A DNA stretch of 64,000 nucleotides, taken from NCBI GenBank assembly GCA_963771175.1, contig CAVYSY010000040.1, forward strand, positions 192,001 to 256,000, in the 5' to 3' direction. Below the pieces are notes generated by a model. It searched no databases. It had not been told where the DNA came from and worked only from the letters and a program-made list of their open reading frames with translations. Position numbers and translations under genes: made by a program. Shown piece by piece: positions 38,739 through 47,560 of the stretch. How positions within the stretch are numbered: position 1 is the first letter of the stretch; each line of letters opens with the position of its first letter. This DNA comes from an uncultured delta proteobacterium. GTDB lineage: Bacteria > Myxococcota > Myxococcia > Myxococcales > Myxococcaceae.

Positions 38739-41700
38739 TCAGGGCGTCACGGACATGATGGTGCCGGCGCGGGTGTTGTTGTCCTCGAGGAGCTCGGGGC
38801 GGCTGTTGCCCGGGTCGGCGGCGGCGCCCAGGTACCAGGCGCCAGCGGTGGGGACCCACGCGGAGACGCTCTGCGAGAGCGTCTGGCACTGCCCGGGGTT
38901 GAGGTAGCTGGCGTACAGCATGCCCAGGGGCTGGTCCGTGGTGGGGCCCGGCGGGTTTGGCGGGATGATGGTGGCGTCCGAGGACAGGTACAGCTCCACG
39001 TCCGCGGAGTCACCCATGGTGCCCTGGTTGCACACCGTCACGGTCGCGGTGAATTGCTTGCCCATCGCCACACTCGAAGGGCCGACCACCGAGGTGATGA
39101 TGAAGTCCGCCTTGTTGCCCACGCCCATGCGGGTGCCGGCGCGGGTGTTGTTGTCCTCAATCAGCTCGGGGCGGCTGTTGTACGGGTCGGCGGCGGCGCC
39201 CAGGTACCAGGCGCCCTCGGAAGGCACCCACGCGCTGACGTTCTGCGAGAGCGTCTGGCACTGCCCGGGGTTGAGGTAGCTGGCGTACAGCATGCCCAGG
39301 GGCTGGTCCGTGGGGGGGCCCGGCGGAGTGGCCGGGGTGATGGTGGCGTCCGAGGACAGGTACAGCTCCACGTCCACGGAGTCACCCATGGTGCCCTGGT
39401 TGCACACCGTCACCGTGGCGGTGAACTGCTGGCCCGGCGTGACGCTGGCGGGGCCCGTCACCGAGGTGACGATGAAGTCGGCCTTGTTACCCACGCCCAT
39501 GCGGGTGCCGGCCAGGGTGTTGTTGTCCTCAATCAGCTCGGGGCGGTTGTTGTACGGGTCGGCCACGGCACCCAGGTACCAGGCGCCCTCGGAGGGCACC
39601 CACGCGGAGACGCTCTGCGAGAGCGTCTGGCACTGCCCGGGGTTGAGGTAGCTGGCGTACAGCATGCCCAGGGGCTGATCCGTGGGGGGGCCCGGAGGCG
39701 TGGCCGGGGTGATGGTGGTGTCCGAGGACAGGTACAGCTCCACGTCCACGGAGTCGCCCATGGTGCCCTGGTTGCACACCGTCACGGTCGCGGTGAACTG
39801 CTGGCCCGGCGTGACGCTGGCGGGGCCCGTCACCGAGGTGACGATGAAGTCGGCCTTGTTGCCCACGCCCATGCGGGTGCCGGCCAGGGTGTTGTTGTCC
39901 TCAATCAGCTCGGGGCGGTTGTTGTACGGGTCGGCCACGGCACCCAGGTACCAGGCGCCCTCGGAAGGCACCCACGCGGAGACATTCTGCGAGAGCGTCT
40001 GGCACTGCCCGGGGTTGAGATAGCTGGCGTACAGCATGCCCAGGGGCTGGTCCGTGGGGGGGCCCGGAGGCGTGGCCGGGGTGATGGTGGTGTCCGAGGA
40101 CAGGTACAGCTCCACGTCCGTGTAGTCGCCCATGGTGCCCTGGTTGCACACCGTCACGGTCGCGGTGAACTGCTGGCCCGACGTGACGCTGGCGGGGCCC
40201 GTCACCGAGGTGACGATGAAGTCGGCCTTGTTGCCCACGCCCATGCGGGTGCCGGCCAGGGTGTTGTTGTCCTCAATCAGCTCGGGGCGGTTGTTGTACG
40301 GGTCGGCGGCGGCGCCCAGGTACCAGGCGCCCTCGGAAGGCACCCACGCGCTGACGTTCTGCGAGAGCGTCTGGCACTGCCCGGGGTTGAGGTAGTTGGT
40401 GGCCAGGAAGCCCAGGGGCTGATCCGTGGGGGGGCCCGGAGGAGTGGCCGGGATGATGGTGGCGTCGGAGGACAGGTACAGCTCCACGTCCGTGTAGTCG
40501 CCCATGGTGCCCTGGTTGCACACCGTCACCGTGGCGGTGAACTGCTGGCCCGGCGTGACGCTGGCGGGCCCCTTCACCGAGGTGACGATGAAGTCGGCCT
40601 TGTTGCCCACGCCCATGCGGGTGCCGGCCAGGGTGTTGTTGTCCTCAATCAGCTCGGGGCGGTTGTTGTACGGGTCGGCCACGGCGCCCAGGTACCAGGC
40701 GCCCTCGGAAGGCACCCACGCGCTGACGCTCTGCGAGAGCGTCTGGCACTGCCCGGGGTTGAGGTAGCTGGCGTACAGCATGCCCAGGGGCTGATCCGTG
40801 GGGGGGCCCGGCGGAGTGGCCGGGGTGATGGTGGCGTCCGAGGACAGGTACAGCTCCACGTCCGCGGAGTCGCCCATGGTGCCCTGGTTGCACACCGTCA
40901 CCGTCGCGGTGAACTGCTGGCCCGGCGTGACGCTGGCGGGCCCCTTCACCGAGGTGACGATGAAGTCGGCCTTGTTGCCCACACCCATGCGGGTGCCGGC
41001 CAGGGTGTTGTTGTCCTCAATCAACTCGGGGCGGTTGTTGTACGGGTCGGCCACGGCGCCCAGGTACCAGGCGCCCTCGGAAGGCGGCCATGCGGAGGCG
41101 CTCTTCGAGAGCGTCTGGCACTGCCCGGGGTTGAGGTAGTTGGTGGACAGGACGCCCAGGGGCTGATCCGTGGGGGGGCCCGGAGGAGTGGCCGGGGTGA
41201 TGATGGCGTCGGCGGACAGGTACAGCTCCACGTCCGTGTAGTCGCCCATGGTGCCCTGGTTGCACACCGTCACCGTGGCGGTGAACTGCTGGCCCGACGT
41301 GACGCTGGCGGGCCCCTTCACCGAGGTGACGATGAAGTCGGCCTTGTTACCCACGCCCATGCGGGTGCCAGCCAGGGTGTTGTTGTTCTCGATGAGCTCG
41401 GGGCGGTTGTTGTACGGGTCGGCCACGGCACCCAGGTACCAGGCGCCCTCGGAAGGCGGCCACGCGGAGACGCTCTTCGAGAGCGTCTCGCATTGCCCGG
41501 GGCTGAGGTAGTTGGTGGACAGGAAGCCCAGGGGCTGATCCGTGGGGGGGCCCGGCGGAGTGGCCGGGATGATGGTGGCGTCGGAGGACAGGTACAGCTC
41601 CACGTCCACGGAGTCACCCATGGTGCCCTGGTTGCACACCGTCACGGTCGCGGTGAACTGCTGGCCCGGCGTGACGCTGGCGGGCCCCTTCACCGAGGTG

Positions 41701-41855
41701 ATGACGAAGTCCGGACCCGAGCCCGCGGCCTGCTCCGCGCTTCCCAGCGAGGAACTCGCGTCATTCCCAGGTTGCCCACACCCGCCCAGTCCCATCAGCA
41801 TCACGGTGCTTACGATCCCGGTTTTCCAGGCTCTCCAGTTCATGCTCTGTCCCAT
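38739..41855 (-). CDS. Lipoprotein made of eight tandem CARDB-like (Ig-fold) repeats
   Basis: Lipobox LGGC; 124-aa unit DFIVTSV.GPASV..GQQFTATVTVCNQG...YLGA.ADP.N..PELIEDNN. Confidence 0.88.
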   Translation of the reverse strand: MGQSMNWRAWKTGIVSTVMLMGLGGCGQPGNDASSSLGSAEQAAGSGPDFVITSVKGPASVTPGQQFTATVTVCNQGTMGDSVDVELYLSSDATIIPATPPGPPTDQPLGFLSTNYLSPGQCETLSKSVSAWPPSEGAWYLGAVADPYNNRPELIENNNTLAGTRMGVGNKADFIVTSVKGPASVTSGQQFTATVTVCNQGTMGDYTDVELYLSADAIITPATPPGPPTDQPLGVLSTNYLNPGQCQTLSKSASAWPPSEGAWYLGAVADPYNNRPELIEDNNTLAGTRMGVGNKADFIVTSVKGPASVTPGQQFTATVTVCNQGTMGDSADVELYLSSDATITPATPPGPPTDQPLGMLYASYLNPGQCQTLSQSVSAWVPSEGAWYLGAVADPYNNRPELIEDNNTLAGTRMGVGNKADFIVTSVKGPASVTPGQQFTATVTVCNQGTMGDYTDVELYLSSDATIIPATPPGPPTDQPLGFLATNYLNPGQCQTLSQNVSAWVPSEGAWYLGAAADPYNNRPELIEDNNTLAGTRMGVGNKADFIVTSVTGPASVTSGQQFTATVTVCNQGTMGDYTDVELYLSSDTTITPATPPGPPTDQPLGMLYASYLNPGQCQTLSQNVSAWVPSEGAWYLGAVADPYNNRPELIEDNNTLAGTRMGVGNKADFIVTSVTGPASVTPGQQFTATVTVCNQGTMGDSVDVELYLSSDTTITPATPPGPPTDQPLGMLYASYLNPGQCQTLSQSVSAWVPSEGAWYLGAVADPYNNRPELIEDNNTLAGTRMGVGNKADFIVTSVTGPASVTPGQQFTATVTVCNQGTMGDSVDVELYLSSDATITPATPPGPPTDQPLGMLYASYLNPGQCQTLSQNVSAWVPSEGAWYLGAAADPYNSRPELIEDNNTRAGTRMGVGNKADFIITSVVGPSSVAMGKQFTATVTVCNQGTMGDSADVELYLSSDATIIPPNPPGPTTDQPLGMLYASYLNPGQCQTLSQSVSAWVPTAGAWYLGAAADPGNSRPELLEDNNTRAGTIMSVTP
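38742..41712 (-). repeat. Eight near-identical 372-bp intragenic tandem repeats
   Basis: The 372-bp period is visible in the DNA and in shadow ORFs (39529, 39901, 40273, 40645, 41017). Confidence 0.95.
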
Positions 41856-41993
41856 CCAAGAAAGAAATTTGATGATTGCAGAGAATCACTGTTTTGCTGG
41901 AAAAACTCAAGCGCTTCCCGCTTGAACGAAAAGCCCCCAGGAGGCGTGCTCCCGAGGGCCCTTCGGCTCACGTCGACTTCAGTGCGCTCGGGA

Positions 41994-43886
41994 CTAGTAG
42001 GTGCCCGTGAGCGAGACGCTGGAGTAGGCGCTGTAGCCGCGCAGCATCACGTGGAAGCGACCGGTGGTCGTCTGCGCGGCGATGTTGCACGTCTCGTTGT
42101 TGCCGCTCAGGTACGGGCGGCAGTCGTACGAGGTGGTGGAGGGCTGCGAGCCGAACTTCACGTACATGTCCGCGTCGCCCGTGCCACCGCTCATCACGAA
42201 GGACACCGCCCGGCCCGCCGGGACGTCCAGGTAGTAGAAGGTCTGCGAGCCCGAGGCGCCCGACAGGCCGGTCTTCGCCACGCCATTGGTCAGCGCGGTG
42301 GCCGGCGCGGACGGAGTCGCCACGCCCACGGCCTCCCAGGCCTTGCTGACCGAGGTCTGCTCGGCCGAACCCGTTCCATGGAGCATCGCGGCGGCCTGCT
42401 CGGTGTACGTCTTCGCCTGGGCGAAGGTGGTGCTGGCGGTGAAGAAGTCCGTGTTGGCCTTATAGAAGATGGCGCCGGCCTTCTGGATGCCGATCCCCGG
42501 CACGTTGACGGTCGTCTTGCCGCGCGGGTGCGTGCCTCCTTGGCCCAGCAGGTGGAAGGCCAGGTTGGAGATGCCCGAGTTCCAGTGCACGCCGCCGTTG
42601 TCGGAGGTGCCCGTGTAGCGCTCGGGGTAGTAGTCCTTCGACGAGCCGTCCTGCGTCGGGTTGGCCATGTAGCGCAGGGCGTCACCCGCGGTGGCCGGCG
42701 TCCACACGTCCTCGCCGATCTTCCAGACGTCCGGGCTCATGAACCAGCTCGTCGTGCTCCAGCTCTCGCAGTAGGCGGAGAAGATGTCGCTCAGGCTCTC
42801 GCTGAGCGCGCCGGGCTCGTGGGCGTAGGTGAGGTTGGACTCGTAGCTGGTCACCGCGTGGGTGAACTCGTGGTTGACCACGTCCATGTCGTTGCACAGC
42901 GGGCCCGACTGGACGCCGTCTCCGTCGCCGCACACCAGGTAGGTGCCATTCCAGAAGGCGCCGACGTAGTTGGTGCTGTAGTGGACGATGGCCTTCAGCT
43001 GTGCGCCGGCGTTGTTGTACGAGTCGCGGCCGAAGTTGGTCTTGAAGCAGTTATAGAAGATGCCGAGGTTGATGTAGGCCGTGTCCACGATGGGATCCCC
43101 GGTGCCCACGCCGCCCTCGCTGATCCTGAGCGTGCCAGGCAGCGTGGTGCCATTGTTGGCCGAGTACACCGCGCGGTTGATGGCGTCGTGGATGTCGGTG
43201 AAGCGCTCCACGATGGAGCCCGCGAGGGCATCGACGAAGACGTGGTCCTGGACGGGAGTGCCCGCGTGCTCGCCCGTCACGAGGACCTCGAAGGCCAGCT
43301 TCAGCCGCTCGTCCGCGCTGGAGCGGACGTAGACGAGGCGAGGCTCCTGCTCGGCACGGACCTCGCCGGGGGTGGCCTCCAGCGCCGCGACGCGAGCGGA
43401 TTCGGGAGCGATGCGGGCCCGGAAGGGGAGGTGCTCGCCATCACGGGCCGAGCCGTTGGCCGCGTAGACGGTGCCATTCGGGTCCACATGGATGATGAGC
43501 TCGTGGCCCACCACCGGAAGCCCGTTCTTCGTCTGGTCATAGCGGAGGTGTGTGTGGCCCTGCTCGTCCACGGAGAGCCGGCGCACGACGAGGTCCGAGG
43601 CATTCAGGCGGAAGACGGGGGTGATGCTGGCGAGGGCCGTGCCGACCTGCGCGTGGGCCTCGGCGGCCGAGAGGCCTCTCGGGGAGGTGCTCACCGAGCC
43701 GAGCTGGCCGCGAATCATGTATGGGACCCCGTCCGCGTGCACCCCCAGCACCTCCGCCGAGGGCAGTGCCGCGAGAGCCGCCTGGACATCCCCGGTGGAG
43801 ACGAGGTCGGCGGAAGGGTCCAACGGCTCCGTCTCACAGCCCGTGAGGGCGAGCGCGAGGCAGGTGGCGAGCATCCGGGTACGCAT
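41994..43886 (-). CDS. Thermolysin-family (M4) metallopeptidase lipoprotein with a PPC domain
   Basis: Lipobox LTGC; GAFWNG, HEFTH, GALSESLSD, GGVHWNSG and GGTGDADMYV motifs. Confidence 0.92.
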   Translation of the reverse strand: MRTRMLATCLALALTGCETEPLDPSADLVSTGDVQAALAALPSAEVLGVHADGVPYMIRGQLGSVSTSPRGLSAAEAHAQVGTALASITPVFRLNASDLVVRRLSVDEQGHTHLRYDQTKNGLPVVGHELIIHVDPNGTVYAANGSARDGEHLPFRARIAPESARVAALEATPGEVRAEQEPRLVYVRSSADERLKLAFEVLVTGEHAGTPVQDHVFVDALAGSIVERFTDIHDAINRAVYSANNGTTLPGTLRISEGGVGTGDPIVDTAYINLGIFYNCFKTNFGRDSYNNAGAQLKAIVHYSTNYVGAFWNGTYLVCGDGDGVQSGPLCNDMDVVNHEFTHAVTSYESNLTYAHEPGALSESLSDIFSAYCESWSTTSWFMSPDVWKIGEDVWTPATAGDALRYMANPTQDGSSKDYYPERYTGTSDNGGVHWNSGISNLAFHLLGQGGTHPRGKTTVNVPGIGIQKAGAIFYKANTDFFTASTTFAQAKTYTEQAAAMLHGTGSAEQTSVSKAWEAVGVATPSAPATALTNGVAKTGLSGASGSQTFYYLDVPAGRAVSFVMSGGTGDADMYVKFGSQPSTTSYDCRPYLSGNNETCNIAAQTTTGRFHVMLRGYSAYSSVSLTGTY

Positions 43887-44077
43887 CCAGTATTACCCCC
43901 TTGAGTGGCGGCGGTGTGCCGCCGAGGTGGGCAGGATGAATGCCGGACAGAACAGCAATCAAGGTAAAAGCTGGAGCTGTTGGCTGAAGGATGTTTCGGT
44001 GGGGCCTCGGCATGGGGGCTCCCATCCATGCCGAGGCCCTGGCGCGGGTTACACCCCCGAGCCGGAGCTCGAGCTGC

Positions 44078-44923
44078 TCAGAAGCCCGCCCAGATGAAGT
44101 CCAGCGTCGGCAGGAAGTCGTTGCTCCGGACGCGGACGCGCTCACTGAAGCCGTCACTGCCCTCGCTCACGCGCGTGGCCCCATGGTCCGCGTTGGCCCA
44201 CAAGACACCGGCGGTGATGCGGCTGTGCTGGAAGACGGCGATGTCGAGACCCAGGTGGGCCGTGACCACGAGCGGGGACACGGTGGCAATGGGCCCCACG
44301 TCCTGACCCGAGACGACGAGGTTGCCCTGGGGCCCGGTGACATGGAGGTTGAGCTCTCCGCGCAGGCGCAGACGGTCGTTGAAGGCATGGTCATACGCGC
44401 CCCCCACCCGCGAGTGGAAGCCCGTGAGCGGCGCCGCGAGCACGAGGTCCAACGGGGTGAGGAAGGAGTTGAGGGGAGTGGCGCTATTGGGTCCGAGCGG
44501 AACGCGGAAGGCCGCATCCGCCTTGAGCGTCCACACATCGTTCGCGAGCACATCCCCCGAGAGCAACAGACCCGCCCTCGGAATCAGCATCCAACCGATG
44601 TCGCTCTGGCTGGTGGCCCAGTTGGGGAAGAAATAGCCCTTCGTCAGACGCAGGGCGAACGTGGGCACCGACAGCCCGGCCTCCGCCGTCAGTCGGAGCG
44701 GCGAGCGCACCAGCGCGAAGCGGGCATCCACATGGGGGGCCATCAAGAAGAGGAGCGGGTGGGTCTGGAGCTCGACCCGGTCGTGGACCGCGATGCGCAG
44801 CGGGTTGAACACGCCCACGCTCCAGGCGCCCCGAGGACCCACGTCCGCGGTGTCCCGGGCGGGCAGGGGTTGGGAGAAGGCGAGGGTGCTTCCCAACAGG
44901 ACGAACAGCAGGACGGCTCTCAT
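44078..44923 (-). CDS. Putative outer-membrane beta-barrel protein
   Basis: Signal MRAVLLFVLLGSTLAFS; alternating strands; C-terminal LDFIWAGF; ATGA overlap with the EEP gene. Confidence 0.65.
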   Translation of the reverse strand: MRAVLLFVLLGSTLAFSQPLPARDTADVGPRGAWSVGVFNPLRIAVHDRVELQTHPLLFLMAPHVDARFALVRSPLRLTAEAGLSVPTFALRLTKGYFFPNWATSQSDIGWMLIPRAGLLLSGDVLANDVWTLKADAAFRVPLGPNSATPLNSFLTPLDLVLAAPLTGFHSRVGGAYDHAFNDRLRLRGELNLHVTGPQGNLVVSGQDVGPIATVSPLVVTAHLGLDIAVFQHSRITAGVLWANADHGATRVSEGSDGFSERVRVRSNDFLPTLDFIWAGF

Positions 44924-46080
44924 GGCAGCCTCCAGGTACCGGCGACGGGGGCATGGTCGGACAGCCGGCTGGCATCGCTCTGGACCTCGAGACGCCCGGG
45001 GCCCTGGATGACATCGGTCGCCGTCCACACCTCTCCCTTTCGGATGAAGAGGTAGTCCAGCGTGCGGTTCCAGGTGCCGCGCGTCCCCTGCTTGTTCTCG
45101 CTGTCCGGGCCGAGCACCGAGTGCGTGAAGTAGGCCCGTTGGCTCTCCTCACCCACGCCGTAGCGGGCCAGGGATATGAAGGGCTCGAAGTCGTCGTAGA
45201 AGGGCTTCATGACGCTGGGCGTGTAGGGCGGCTGTTCGTACTCGGTGCCCTGGCTGCTCTCGTCCTCGTCCAGGAAGCCCACCAGCCGCAGCTTGCCCTC
45301 GCAGGAGTCGGACGCGCCCGCGGTCGCTTTCTCGTTACACACGGGGGGCAGCTCGTTGAAGTCTCCTCCGAGCACCCAGGGCAGCGTCTCCGCCTGGACG
45401 ACGTCGTGGATCTGTCGGATCTGCTTCTGCTTGGTGCCGTCCCGGTCATACGCCTCGGTGTGCACCACGTATGCGGCGATGGTCCGGTCGCCCAGGTCCA
45501 CCTCGACCCGGCCGATGGCGCGCTTGATGTAGAACGTCGACGTCACCGGATCCTGATCCGTGCGATCCTCCTGCCGGATGCGCTCGGCCTTGGTGATGGG
45601 GTAGCGCGAGAAGATGGCGTTGCCCAGGTTGATACGACCCACGCCCTCGGACGGCACGTAGCGCGAGTCCCAGGTGGACATATAGGCCGCGTAGCGGAGA
45701 TGGGTGTTCTCCAGCAGGAAGCGCACCTGGTCGATGTAGGCGCTGCGCTTCGAGTCGACCTCGATCTCCTCCGTCATGAGGATGTCCGGGTCGTACTCGC
45801 GGATGAGTGCCGCCACGCGCGTGAGGCAGTCCGTCACCTCGGAGGTGGACATCTGGACGCGGTCACCCCAGAAGTCGAACCAGAAGTCGATGCGGCAGGC
45901 TCCGTACTTCACGTTCCACGCCATCACCTTGAGTGAGGTGGGGTTCGCCGCTGGGGCGGGGTGTTCCGCCCGGGCCTTGAACCGCGGGACCTCTTCTCGG
46001 GTGAAGGACAGTGGGTCGGCAACCCATTCGCAACTGGCCAGCAATGGGAGGAGGAGGAGCCAAGGGAGCGATCGTCTCAT
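44920..46080 (-). CDS. Endonuclease/exonuclease/phosphatase (EEP) family lipoprotein
   Basis: Lipobox LASC; MAWNVK, GNAIFSRYPI, VH, GGDFN, LDY and SDHAPV motifs. Confidence 0.9.
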   Translation of the reverse strand: MRRSLPWLLLLPLLASCEWVADPLSFTREEVPRFKARAEHPAPAANPTSLKVMAWNVKYGACRIDFWFDFWGDRVQMSTSEVTDCLTRVAALIREYDPDILMTEEIEVDSKRSAYIDQVRFLLENTHLRYAAYMSTWDSRYVPSEGVGRINLGNAIFSRYPITKAERIRQEDRTDQDPVTSTFYIKRAIGRVEVDLGDRTIAAYVVHTEAYDRDGTKQKQIRQIHDVVQAETLPWVLGGDFNELPPVCNEKATAGASDSCEGKLRLVGFLDEDESSQGTEYEQPPYTPSVMKPFYDDFEPFISLARYGVGEESQRAYFTHSVLGPDSENKQGTRGTWNRTLDYLFIRKGEVWTATDVIQGPGRLEVQSDASRLSDHAPVAGTWRLP

Positions 46081-46155
46081 GCGGGGCGCGAGGGTACTCC
46101 GACTCCGACTCCGGCGCTCGGAGGGGCGATGATTCCAGCGCGAAAAGGCGAAGGG

Positions 46156-46194
46156 CGCTGCATCGACGCGGCGCGGTGTGAGTACGTCGAGCAC
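46156..46194 (+). pseudogene. 39-bp internal fragment of the Imm11-like immunity gene
   Basis: CGCTGCATCGACGCGGCGCGGTGTGAGTACGTCGAGCAC matches 47103-47141 with one mismatch (RCID[A/E]ARCEYVEH). Confidence 0.8.
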
Positions 46195-46264
46195 GGCTGA
46201 GCGGGGCTCGGACTCCTCGCATTTCCGCCCACGAATCATGGGAGGGGACATGCCGGACGCGAAG

Positions 46265-46363
46265 GTGGGAGACGGCTTTACCTAAGTCGAGCTCTCGCTC
46301 TTCCAGGTGCTGGAGGGCCTGCGCTACGCCTTCCCCAATGCCTTCAAGGGCCTGGAGCCCCGG
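46265..46363 (+). pseudogene. Probable glutathione S-transferase C-terminal fragment with an internal stop
   Basis: Translates as VGDGFT*VELSLFQVLEGLRYAFPNAFKGLEPR, which resembles the GST motif VGxxxTYxDLSLFQxxEGLRYAFP (recognised from memory). Confidence 0.55.
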
Positions 46364-46753
46364 TGGGGACGGGGGCCGCAGCGGCGAGGGCCACGGGGGC
46401 GTGGCGGGGATGGCTCGAAGAAGGACGGGAGCCACTGGCACCACCTCGCCACCAACAAGAACGACATCTCCGGTGCCAACGGCGGCCCGTGGACTCCTGC
46501 CTTCAAGAAGATTTTCGACAAGGCGGGGATGAGCCTGGAGGCGAAGGAGAACCTCGTCTATCTCCAGGGCCACCAGGGCCCGCACCCCGAGGCGTATCAT
46601 GCGGAAATCTTCGACAGGCTCCAGGACGCAACGGAAGATTGCAGGAGTCAGATTGAGTGTCGGAGCAGTCTGGTGAAGGAGTTGGACAAGATTGCAGGAG
46701 AGGTCTGCACTCCTGGCTCATCGCTTCATAAGATTCTCACGAAGAAGCCATAG
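46361..46753 (+). pseudogene. Orphan AHH-nuclease toxin C-terminal module
   Basis: HWHHLATNKN...GPWT...ENLVY..GHQGPHPEAYH; near-copy of 48474-48865 lacking the N-terminal delivery region. Confidence 0.8.
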
Positions 46754-46775
46754 CACCGGAGCACGAGGATCAGAC

Positions 46776-47339
46776 ATGTCCAGATACTTCATGCTTCGTG
46801 ACCACATGAGTTTTCCGGGGCGCTGGGTGCTGGATGGTCCCTTCGATGAGCAGGGAGAGGAGATCGACTCCTGGCAGTTCAAGAAGGGCCGGCGCGTGGA
46901 ACTGGCCGGGGTGGCGTATTTCCCCATGTCGCATCGAGGGTGCGCGCTGGACATCAGCCAGACGGGACTGGGAGTCCCCGTGGTGCATGGCCGGGTGGCC
47001 GACATCCTCGAGCGCCTCTGCGGCCAGGACGTGCAACTCCTGCCAGCCAGGGTGGAGGGGCAGAGCGACTCCTGGTTCATCCTCAACCTGCTGCGAGTCA
47101 TCCGCTGCATCGACGAGGCGCGGTGTGAGTACGTCGAGCACTGGAAGCCCGAGGACAACCGGCCGGACAAGGTGGGGGAGTGCCGCAACGTCCGGGGGCT
47201 GAAGGTGGACCCGGCGAAGATTGGAGATGCCCACATCTTCCGGCCCTGGGGATGGCGCGTGGTCATCCTCGTCTCCGAGCCGCTCAAGCTCGCGCTGGAA
47301 CAGGCGGGCATCACCGGCATGAAGTACATCGAGGCCTGA
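46776..47339 (+). CDS. Imm11/DUF1629-like immunity protein, copy 1
   Basis: MSRYFMLRD..PGRWVL..., DVQLLP, RCIDEA, LKVDPAKIG.AHIFR and GITG motifs; lies directly after the AHH module. Confidence 0.8.
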   Translation: MSRYFMLRDHMSFPGRWVLDGPFDEQGEEIDSWQFKKGRRVELAGVAYFPMSHRGCALDISQTGLGVPVVHGRVADILERLCGQDVQLLPARVEGQSDSWFILNLLRVIRCIDEARCEYVEHWKPEDNRPDKVGECRNVRGLKVDPAKIGDAHIFRPWGWRVVILVSEPLKLALEQAGITGMKYIEA

Positions 47340-47560
47340 CGACCTCAAGTGACTCGGGTCCTGCCGCGTCGCGTGCTGCCCCTGCGTCAGCCCTCGATTC
47401 CGAGCCCTTCCTCGTCGGCGCTCGCCCACCGTGTTGAGCGCGCTGCCAGAACGCAGTGCCGACGCTGGCGTCCACGAGTCAAGAAGCGCCTGGAGGCGAG
47501 GGTGGGACTCACACCGGCAGTAGCTGCCGTCCAGCGGTCGCGGAGGGTATGGAGAGCTCC

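Noticed and set aside
38742..41712. Repeats with variable positions as a possible diversity-generating retroelement
   Set aside because: There is no reverse transcriptase, the differences are not adenine-specific, and all units are in-frame coding domains.
38706..43904. 1732-aa + strand ORF and many other long antisense ORFs
   Set aside because: These are shadow frames of real minus-strand genes; high GC suppresses stop codons.
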